Shown here piece by piece: positions 29,091 to 37,466 of a stretch of DNA of 64,000 bases. The DNA comes from a bacterium. GTDB lineage: Bacteria; UBA8248. The stretch's first letter is position 1, and each line of letters begins with the position of its first letter. The notes below the pieces were generated by a model. That model was not told the origin of the DNA. It made no database searches and saw only the letters and a list, made by a program, of their open reading frames with translations. The stretch covers positions 1,120,001 through 1,184,000 of the forward strand of contig OZ253442.1 of NCBI GenBank assembly GCA_965261085.1. Direction: 5' to 3'. The translations under genes were made by a program, and so were the position numbers.

Positions 29091-31020
29091 GTGCGCCAGG
29101 CTAACTGGCGGAAGGGCAGCCGGTGGAAGTCCGGCAGGATGGAAAGGCCAACCACCCCCTCCACCGCGAGCCGTGCGTCGTCACCCGCGAGGGTGTCGGC
29201 GAAGCGTCGGTAGCGGCGCGTGCGTGCGGGGCGATTGAGCACCGAAAGCACTCTACAACTGGAGCGCCGAGACTCTATACACGGTCGAAGGCAGCACTCC
29301 GCGGGCCGCCATGGTGAGGACCGCGGAGGCTCCACGGTGTCGAAGAACCCATGCACGCACGTACGCCCTCCACCGGGACCTGGGAGGTCTCCATGTCACC
29401 CCGCCGTCGTGGCGGGGTCGCTGAGGGAAGGAGGAATCCGTAGCCGATGACGAACGGCATGGAGAAGTCAGACCCGGCCGTAGTAGCCGAGAAGCCGACG
29501 AACAAGGGGACGCGAGTCCCGGCGGAGTCGGTGGAGTCAAGGGCCGGGCCCGAGGGGAATCCGGGAAGCCAAAGCACGCGCCGGACACAGGGCCGGGAGA
29601 GCGTGTCACAGGCGGCTGAGCGGATACGGCAATTCGTTCGACGGGAACCACGGGAACGTTTGACGGCGCTTCTCCACCACGTCACGCTCGATGCGCTGCG
29701 CTGGGCGTTCTTCGAGTTGAAGAGAAATGTTGCGGCAGGCGCGGACGGGGTGACGTGGCGGATGTACGCGGAAGGGCTGGAAGGCCGACTGGCCGACCTG
29801 CACGAGCGCGTGCAATCGGGGGCGTACCGGGCGACGCCGTCACGGCGGGTGAACATCCCCAAGCCCGACGGCGGGACACGACCGCTCGGCGTCGCGGCCA
29901 TCGAGGACAAGATAGTCCAGAAGGCCGTGACGGAGACAATCCTGACGCCGATATACGAGGCGGAGTTCCTGGGGTTCAGCTACGGGTTCCGGCCCGGGCG
30001 CGGGGCGCATGATGCGCTCGACGCGCTCGCAGTCGGGATAACACGGCGCAAAATCGACTGGGTGGTGGACATTGACATCCGCGCATTCTTCGACACGGTG
30101 TCGAGGGAGTGGCTGGTGCGCTTCTGTAAGCACCGCATCGGGGACAAGCGGGTCATCAGGCTCATCATCAAGTGGTTGAGGGCCGGTGTCATGGAGGCTG
30201 GAGAGTGGCGGGACGACCTGCGGGGAACGCCGCAAGGCTCGGTGGCATCACCGATTCTGGCGAACGTCTACCTGCACTACGTCCTCGACCTGTGGCTCCA
30301 GAAGAAGTGGCGCAGCCGCGAGGCCAAAGGCGACGCAATCATCGTTCGCTACGCCGACGACTTCGTGGTGGGATTTCAGCACAAGGAGGACGCGGAGCGG
30401 TTCCTGAGCGCCGTGAAGGAGCGGTTCGGAAGCTTCGGACTGGAGATACATCCCGACAAGACCCGGCTTATTGAGTTCGGGCGGTTTGCCATGGAGAATC
30501 GACGGCAGCGTGGTCAAGGTAGACCGGAGACCTTCGACTTCCTGGGTTTCACGCACTACTGCGCGAAAACTAGAGAAGGAGGGCGATTCCTGTTGGGGCG
30601 CAAGCCGGTCGCGAAACGGATGAGGCGCACCCTGAAGCGGATAAAAGAAGAGATACGCAGACGCATGCACCACAACATCAAGGATACGGCGAGATGGCTG
30701 GGCAGAGTGGTCGACGGATGGCTGAACTATTTTGCCGTCCCGACCAGCTTTCGGTATCTCCGGCAATTCGTCGCACGACTCATGCGGCTGTGGCTCCGCG
30801 CCCTGCGACGAAGGTCGCAAAAGGACCGCTATACGTGGGCAAGACTTGCAAAACTGGCCAGGACGTACTGGCCGAAGCTGAACGTCCGACACCCGTGGCC
30901 GAGCCAACGATTTACCGTCAGCGCTTTGAGGGGCGCAACCCAAGGGAGGAGCCGGATGCCTTAGCGGGCACGTCCGGATCTGTGCGGGGGGCGCCGGGTA
31001 ACCGGCGTTCCTACCGCGAT
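29091..31020 (+). mobile_element. Group II intron
   Basis: 5' GTGCG at 29091; domain V GAGCCGGATGCC..GGCACGTCCGGATC, domain VI and ..CGAT 3' end at 31020. Confidence 0.88.
29447..30964 (+). CDS. ltrA: Group II intron reverse transcriptase/maturase, no evident endonuclease domain
   Basis: IPKPDGGTRPLG, SYGFRPGR, GTPQGS..SPILANVYLH, RYADDF, FDFLGF. Confidence 0.95.
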   Translation: MTNGMEKSDPAVVAEKPTNKGTRVPAESVESRAGPEGNPGSQSTRRTQGRESVSQAAERIRQFVRREPRERLTALLHHVTLDALRWAFFELKRNVAAGADGVTWRMYAEGLEGRLADLHERVQSGAYRATPSRRVNIPKPDGGTRPLGVAAIEDKIVQKAVTETILTPIYEAEFLGFSYGFRPGRGAHDALDALAVGITRRKIDWVVDIDIRAFFDTVSREWLVRFCKHRIGDKRVIRLIIKWLRAGVMEAGEWRDDLRGTPQGSVASPILANVYLHYVLDLWLQKKWRSREAKGDAIIVRYADDFVVGFQHKEDAERFLSAVKERFGSFGLEIHPDKTRLIEFGRFAMENRRQRGQGRPETFDFLGFTHYCAKTREGGRFLLGRKPVAKRMRRTLKRIKEEIRRRMHHNIKDTARWLGRVVDGWLNYFAVPTSFRYLRQFVARLMRLWLRALRRRSQKDRYTWARLAKLARTYWPKLNVRHPWPSQRFTVSALRGATQGRSRMP

Positions 31021-31217
31021 TGCCTCCTCGGTTGGACGCCGGCGCTCACCGGCACGGTTTCGTGGTTCCTCTGCCGAGGATGCACCCCTCTTAATTTTCC
31101 AGCAAGTTTAGGACTTTACCGAAGCCGGGCTTGGTCATGTATGGATACGAGTTGGCTTTCTCTTCCAATTCCTTCCAAGACTTTGGATCCATCTTGCCGC
31201 TTGGCCTATTGCAGGTT

Positions 31218-31233
31218 ATATTACTGGTAATAT
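31218..31233. promoter_or_regulatory. Palindromic operator of the TA operon
   Basis: ATATTAC-TG-GTAATAT immediately before the antitoxin RBS. Confidence 0.6.
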
Positions 31234-31246
31234 GAGGAGGTCAATC

Positions 31247-31549
31247 ATGAGTGATATATCCCAGAGACGTGCGACAAAAAAATATCGAAGTCGTTTGACT
31301 GAACGCGGCATGGCCCGCTTTGAGGTCCTCGGGCGCGACACCGACCGAGAGCTTATCCGCTCGTTGGCCAGACGTTTAGCTGAGGACTGTCCGGAAGCCG
31401 ATCGTCTGAGGACCGTCGTCAGCCAAGGCGTCGCCGGCAAACCACCACGGAAAGGCGGAGTCCTTGAAGCACTACGCCGCTCGCCGCTCGTCGGCGCCGA
31501 AGCTATTGCATCCCGTCCATTCGAGTCCGGTCGCAAGGTTGATCTGTGA
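31247..31549 (+). CDS. Putative antitoxin of the PIN toxin
   Basis: Small basic ORF, GAGGAGG RBS, GTGA overlap with vapC. Confidence 0.75.
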   Translation: MSDISQRRATKKYRSRLTERGMARFEVLGRDTDRELIRSLARRLAEDCPEADRLRTVVSQGVAGKPPRKGGVLEALRRSPLVGAEAIASRPFESGRKVDL

Positions 31550-31980
31550 GCCGGTATCTTCTTGACACCAATATCATCAGTAGTGTCACGAAGCCCGTGC
31601 CATCGGAGTCTCTACTGGCATGGATGGCCGATCAGGCTGACGAAAACCTCTTCATTTCCGCGCTTACTATCGCCGAGGTTCGACGCGGCGTGCTGGAGAA
31701 GCCTGCCGGTCGCAAACGTGATCAACTTGAAGCGTGGTTCGCGGGTCCGGAAGGTCCATCAGCTCTTTTCGCCGGTCGCGTCCTCCCCTTCGACGAGAAG
31801 GCCGGTCTCGTATGGGCAAGACTTATGGCGGAAGGCAAGGCGCAAGGCCGTTCCCGCAGCGCGCTCGACACGATCATCGCGGCGATCGCGGAAGCCAATG
31901 AATGTATCGTCGTGACCGACAATGAAAGGGACTTCATCGGCGTCGAGACGTTCAACCCGCTTCGAAACGCGGCGCGATGA
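31546..31980 (+). CDS. vapC: VapC-family PIN toxin
   Basis: YLLDTNIIS, ISALTIAEV, DTIIAAIA, VVTDNERDF. Confidence 0.92.
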   Translation: MSRYLLDTNIISSVTKPVPSESLLAWMADQADENLFISALTIAEVRRGVLEKPAGRKRDQLEAWFAGPEGPSALFAGRVLPFDEKAGLVWARLMAEGKAQGRSRSALDTIIAAIAEANECIVVTDNERDFIGVETFNPLRNAAR

Positions 31981-32034
31981 AAAAGCGAGTGCTCAGCGTT
32001 CAGTTCGTTATGGCGAGTCGTCAAGGAGAACAAG

Positions 32035-32814
32035 ATGTCGGAGACCCGGATAGAGTGGACGGATGCAACCTGGAATCCCGTGGTGGGATGCTCCGTTCTG
32101 ACAACCGGCTGCACCAATTGTTATGCCATGGCAATGGCGAAGCGCCTGGAGGCCATGGGGGTCGAGAAATATGCGGGACTGACTCGCCGAAGCGGCAAAC
32201 GCACCGTGTGGAACGGAGTCGTAAAAGAGGATAAAAGAGCGCTTTCTTTGCCTCATACGTGGAAGAAGCCGCGCAAGATATTCGTGAATTCGATGAGCGA
32301 TCTCTTTCATGAACGTGTCAGCGATTCTTTCATAATGGATGTTTGGCAGGTCATGCGCGACACGCCTCGCCACAACTATCAAATTCTGACGAAACGCCCC
32401 GAACGCATGTCCGAAATGGTCTCGGGTAAAGTGGGGGCGATTCTTCCCAACGTGTGGCTCGGAACAAGCGTCGAGGACAGGGATACCATCGGGCGTCTGG
32501 ATCATCTACGCCGTACGCCTGCCGCGATCCGCTTCGTCTCCTTTGAACCGCTGATCGGTTCAATCGGCAGCGTTGATCTGGCAGGGATTCACTGGGCCAT
32601 CGTCGGCGGCGAAAGCGGAAGGGATGCGCGGCCTATCCGGGAAGAATGGATCGATGAAATACACATTCAATGCGTCCGACAGCGGACAGCTTTCTTCTTC
32701 AAACAGTGGGGTACTTGGAGCATGGACAACAAGCGCCGCTCAAAATCGGCGAACGGTCGCGAATACCGTGGAAGGACTTGGGACGAGATGCCGACAGCAC
32801 CGACCCCGATATAG
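32035..32814 (+). CDS. DUF5131 / phage Gp37-Gp68 family protein
   Basis: IEWTDATWNPVVGC...GCTNCYA, FVNSMSDLFHE, WAIVGGESG, FFFKQWG. Confidence 0.92.
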   Translation: MSETRIEWTDATWNPVVGCSVLTTGCTNCYAMAMAKRLEAMGVEKYAGLTRRSGKRTVWNGVVKEDKRALSLPHTWKKPRKIFVNSMSDLFHERVSDSFIMDVWQVMRDTPRHNYQILTKRPERMSEMVSGKVGAILPNVWLGTSVEDRDTIGRLDHLRRTPAAIRFVSFEPLIGSIGSVDLAGIHWAIVGGESGRDARPIREEWIDEIHIQCVRQRTAFFFKQWGTWSMDNKRRSKSANGREYRGRTWDEMPTAPTPI

Positions 32815-32843
32815 GCTCCTTGCGAGATAGGGATAGAAATTAG

Positions 32844-32975
32844 ATGGTGCAGAAACTTTATGACTGGGCAAACGGCGCCACTCTTGAAGATCACTCGCGT
32901 CGCCAGCACAAGATTCTGCGATAATATTTATTTAACTTCCTGGAGGTTCGCTGTCAGCTCCCTCTGCTAAATTAG
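32844..32975 (+). pseudogene. tcmP: Truncated three-Cys-motif partner protein (TcmP) gene
   Basis: MVQKLYDWANGATLEDHSRRQHKILR(stop)YLFNFLEVRCQLP; HSxxKHxIL-like start next to its usual DUF5131 partner. Confidence 0.6.
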
Positions 32976-33198
32976 ATTTGGTTTTTTACTGAATGAAGCT
33001 TTCACTATTGAAAATATTTTGATTCAAATTTAGGGAACTGCTTATATATCTAGGCACGGGCCGATTTCCTAGTTGGTTTCATTGTTCAAATTTCCTAAGA
33101 AGTGCCAGCAGAAACGGTGACATCCCATATCTTCACAATATAAAGAATGTATCGTATATAATGTTCCTCAAGTTGGCAAAAATGGAGGGCATGTCTGT

Positions 33199-35187
33199 AT
33201 GAGTAATGTTAATATTGGTAGATTGGTAGATAATATATCTCACAAAAGAACTAATATTTACACGCCAGTAGTAGAGTTGATCGTCAATGCAATACAGGCA
33301 ATTGAAGAATTGAGGCAATCGAATGGGATAATTTCGGTTCGCGTCTTGCGAAATACGCAACAGACTGAAATGTTCGATGGCCGTGGCGATATAGTTGGTT
33401 TTGAAGTGAAAGATAATGGAGTTGGGTTTACTGATGAACATCTAGAATCATTCGACACCCTTTACACAGAGAAAAGAAGTCTTAAAGGTGGCAAGGGATT
33501 TGGACGTTTTACCTGCCTGAAATACTTTGATCGACTTCACGTTGAGAGTGTTTATCGCAATGGTGATGAATTTCGAAAAAGAAATTTCCAGATGGGCAAA
33601 GAACGTGACATCATTGTCGATATAGATACTACCAGAAGCGAAATAGAAGAATCTGGGACGATTGTCAGGTTAATCAAACCTAAGCAAGTGACCAAATTTG
33701 AAAAAACACTCGAAAGTTTGGCTAAAAATATCACAGAACGAATACTGCCTTATTTAATCACAGAAGAATACGAGTGCCCAAAAATTATTTTATCTGAATA
33801 TGATGGTAGTGATGAAAAAATCCTAAACGAAATATCTGGTTCAATAAAAGAGATTCCGTTGAATCTAAACACATTTGAATTACAGGATGTTCAGCAAGAA
33901 CAACAAAAATTTCATGTTCGTTTGTTTAAGATATATTCTCCCGGAACCCAACGAAATAAAATTAGTCTCATTGCTCACAAACGCGATGTCATTGGGTCTT
34001 GGCTTTCAAGTCATATTTCTGAATTTGAAGAAGCATTCTTTGATGAAGGGCACATCAATGAATATGGGCATAAATTTATCATCAAAGCTCATGTGTTGGG
34101 AGATTACCTCGACCGCCATGTATCACTAGAGCGTGGGGGATTTGAGTTTCCTCCATCTGGTAATTTGCTTCTTGGTATAACCGAAGAAATAATAGAGAAG
34201 GAAGTCGCTAGGATCACCGAAGCGGCGGTTGGCAATGAGATCAAGTCAAGAAAAGAGGACAAGAGAAAACGTGTTCAAAATCACATTGATGAAAATTCTC
34301 CATGGCTTAAACGAATCTTAAAAGATATTGACCTTGGAGATTTGTCATTTCGTCCAACCCCAGAACAAATTGAAGAATTTTTATACAAACAAAAACTCAA
34401 GGAAGAATTAAAAGTTTAAAACGAAGTAAAAAAAATCTTGGATGATACAGACCCGAATAATTTGCAGGAAAAGGCAAATGATATTGCAGGAAAGGTCTTG
34501 GACACTAGCAAGGATGAATTAGCTCACTATATTGCGCTCAGAAAAAGTGCACTCGATCTGCTGGATAAAAGTCTAGGGATAGATGATGCTGGAAATTACT
34601 CCTCCGAGAAAGTGGTTCATGACATTATATTTCCTCAAAAGGGAGATTCCGAAGAGACACATTTTGAAGCTCAAAATCTTTGGATTCTGGATGAACGCTT
34701 AAACTTCACCGAGTATGTGAGTTCAGATAAACCTCTTAGCGCAGGGAATCGTTCTCGGCCAGATATTTTGGTTTACGGAAAAAAGGTACTGTTTCGTGAG
34801 GGGGACGAGCCAAGTAACCCTGTTACGATATTTGAGTTCAAAAAACCTAATAGAAGTGACTTTAAAACCGATCGTGACAATCCGATCGATCAACTATTGG
34901 ATTATGTGGACGATATCAAGAAGGGTCGTTGCAAAACTCCAAAAGGTCGAACTGTTCATGTGATGCCAAACACTCCATTTTATGGCTTCCTGGTGTGCGA
35001 TGTATCGAAGGATATTAGTGACTGGCTAAAAAGTCGGCATGACTTTAAACCGTTTCCCGACGGGATGGGTTGGTTTCGTTGGTGGGAAAATATAAATCTT
35101 TATTATGAGGTTATCAGATGGGACAAATTACTCAAAGATGCCACGATGCGAAACAAGATTTTCTTTAAAAAGTTAGGGATTGTCTAA
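33199..35187 (+). pseudogene. GHKL (HATPase) ATPase fused to a PD-(D/E)XK nuclease, split by one in-frame TAA at 34417-34419
   Basis: ELIVNAIQA, DNGVGF, GGKGFGRF; PDILV..IFEFKKP; both ORFs share a frame and read KV*NEVKKILDD. Confidence 0.8.
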
Positions 35188-35312
35188 TATTCGAGGCGTC
35201 GAAGTTCAGAACAATTGGCATCAGAGAGTTTTTTGGCCTCAGGCTACGCGCCACTTAAAACAATAGACTTTGGAAACTGGATGAATTAGGAGTGAAAAAA
35301 GCTTTTAGGAAG

Positions 35313-35400
35313 TGCATACGGAGAGACTCGAACTCTCACGGCTGCCTGTACAGCCACAGGATTTGGAGTCCAGTGTGTTTACCAATTCCACCACGAATGC
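35313..35400 (-). tRNA. tRNA with Leu-type body and CCA anticodon (possibly degenerate tRNA-Leu(CAA))
   Basis: GCATTCG TG GTGGAATTGGTAAACAC A CTGGA CTCCAAA TCCTG TGGCTG-TACAGG-CAGCCG T GAGAG TTCGAGT CTCTC CGTATGC A; two U:U mismatches; no encoded 3' CCA. Confidence 0.8.
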
Positions 35401-35506
35401 GATTTTACGCTGCCCCTCATGAATATTTCTAGATTTGAGAGGGGCAGTGCTTGATAGAAGCTAAGGAGGCTCATCAAATGTCAATTCTTGAAAAGGAGAG
35501 AAAGTA

Positions 35507-35689
35507 ATGCACCAAAATGATGCGTTCTTAATGGGCGAAAACTTATACACAACTCCATATTTCGACGAAGGCCGGATTACTTTGATGATCGTCGGTGATG
35601 ACAAAGAAGGAAAATCCATAGACCTCAATAGAGAACAGGCCGAAAGGGTTAAGCTAGCTCTGGAAACATTCCTTCATTTTTCAAAATAA
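35507..35689 (+). CDS. Small hypothetical protein
   Basis: 60-aa ORF with AAGGAG RBS in an AT-rich segment. Confidence 0.45.
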   Translation: MHQNDAFLMGENLYTTPYFDEGRITLMIVGDDKEGKSIDLNREQAERVKLALETFLHFSK

Positions 35690-36251
35690 AGAGACGATGA
35701 CTGTTCGCTCTCGATAACAAACGAACCCGGAGAGTAAAGTGGAATTGTGCAACCCGGCATGGTGGAATGATGTTATCATCGGAGTTCTAATGGTCATTGT
35801 GACTACCTTTCTAGCATTTGCGACCTTAAGCCGGATCAATTATGTTTGTCCAAGATCTCGATCTGCCGCCACTCAGGTCCTGTCATCACGGCCCGCACGA
35901 ACGTTTACACACAGGTAACCGACACAGACCCACCAAGCTGCGCAGGAATTTGAATTCGTTCGCTTTCGTTTTGATTACATCTTCCAGAAATCGAACCTCA
36001 ATCAAAATTCTAAAAAACCAATTTCTTCAATAGTTTCAAGAAGCTACAAAGATTCCAAAACCGTTGGTAATCCCCCGCCGTCTGAAAGCGGGCGAATTAC
36101 GGGAAGAAGTGAACTCTGCGGTTCACACCATCATGACGCCTGAGCCTCACACCCGGCGCATCGGTGATGCCCTGGCAACAGGGCGCGCACTTGTCAGGCA
36201 GCCTCTTGCGTAAACGGCGCCTGAAGAAGGCACGGTATTGTTGGAGAAAGT

Positions 36252-36311
36252 GTATGCTATCAGCATACGGTGGATATAGGCTATTTCCTGCATGTATGCT
36301 ACGAGCACACA
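36252..36311. promoter_or_regulatory. Two GTATGCT-N3-AGCA(T/C)AC palindromes upstream of RHH gene
   Basis: GTATGCTATCAGCATAC and GTATGCTACGAGCACAC. Confidence 0.5.
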
Positions 36312-36406
36312 AGAGAATCGGCGCTCCGGGCGGTCGGAGTTGTTCCGTAAATGCATCGGCTCTGACGACGTCCGGGCCAAAAACTAGAGCTATTGGAGAC
36401 AATACC

Positions 36407-36778
36407 ATGACCGAAAACCATTCCGCCGCCGCCGATTCCGGCGAGAAACCTGCCGAATCGCGCTCGCCGCGATCAATCCGGTTTTCCGATTTCGAGTGGG
36501 CGTGCATCGAACAGGAGGCCGCAGAGCGCGGAATGACGGCCGCCGAGCTCGTGCGCCATGCCGCGGCGGGTTTCGCTACGGGCAAGCTGACCGCAAGTTC
36601 TTCAGCGTTCCCGCCCGGGATTGCAGCCCAGTTCGAGCGCATCTATCGCGGCGTCTACCTTCTTTCGACGCTCAAACGCGATGAAATGGTCCGGGAAGGA
36701 CGCCGGGAAGAGCTCGATCGGATCGGGAAGGACGCCCGTGAATCGCAGGCCGCGATCCTGAAGGGCGTTTCAGAATGA
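36407..36778 (+). CDS. RHH-like protein, paralog of 5871-6257
   Basis: PRSIRFSDFEWACIEQEAAERGMTAAELVRHAA; GGAG RBS. Confidence 0.65.
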   Translation: MTENHSAAADSGEKPAESRSPRSIRFSDFEWACIEQEAAERGMTAAELVRHAAAGFATGKLTASSSAFPPGIAAQFERIYRGVYLLSTLKRDEMVREGRREELDRIGKDARESQAAILKGVSE

Positions 36779-37466
36779 ACCCGGTCCACCCGCACCGGAG
36801 GAGCCTGCGCCTGTGCGCAGACACCCTACTCGGGGCCGTTTCGGGCAAGCGGGGATGATCGAGGCAGCGTCTCCGGGCTGCCGGAGCCGCTTTCAAACGA
36901 CCTCGTTTCCGGCGGCGCGGCGAAAACTTCCCGCTATCCGGCCCGGAAAAGACGGGAAGACCCGTTCAGGGTGGAAGGCGCTTGCAAGGAACGAGGGTGC
37001 GCGAAAGGTCTCTTCGACTTATCGCCAATCGATCCGTCCGGTCTTGAAGACTCGAACCTCCCGTCCATCAGCTCCATGGCGCAGAGATTCCGTATGATCG
37101 CGCATATCATGAAAATCACCGGATTCATTTGTCCATGAACAGCCACAAATGGCTATTCACCGAGGCCGTCAGGATGTTTTTGTCGAGATTCCATTTCTCC
37201 AGGAAGCCGCATTGTCTCGTGTCCAATTCAAATGTTCAAAACTCATTTTATGATGTAAAGCGCCTCGGAGCACGAAAAAGCGCAAGCGGGTGAACCAAAA
37301 ACGTGAAAAAACGTGAGTGAACTTCGAGAGACAAGGCATCAAGCCGAGAAGGCTGCGCGGCGCCGATTCCGCCTGGAACCGCATAGTTTCCGGGACGTTC
37401 GCCCAAGTGGTCATCCGGCTTCGCCCGGTCTGCTCGCCCCTGCCTGCCCCTGACCAGAGCAGACAA

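Noticed and set aside
29447-30964. Retron, DGR or defence-associated RT
   Set aside because: GTGCG start, domains V/VI and maturase features identify a group II intron; no TR/VR pair seen
34417-35400. tRNA as suppressor of the TAA in the adjacent ATPase-nuclease gene
   Set aside because: Anticodon CCA pairs with UGG, not UAA
36060-36150. Hairpins resembling a riboswitch
   Set aside because: No recognisable family consensus by eye
37230-37325. AAAAACGTGA tandem pair in an AT-rich patch as oriT or iterons
   Set aside because: Only two short copies and no counterpart seen in the left unit
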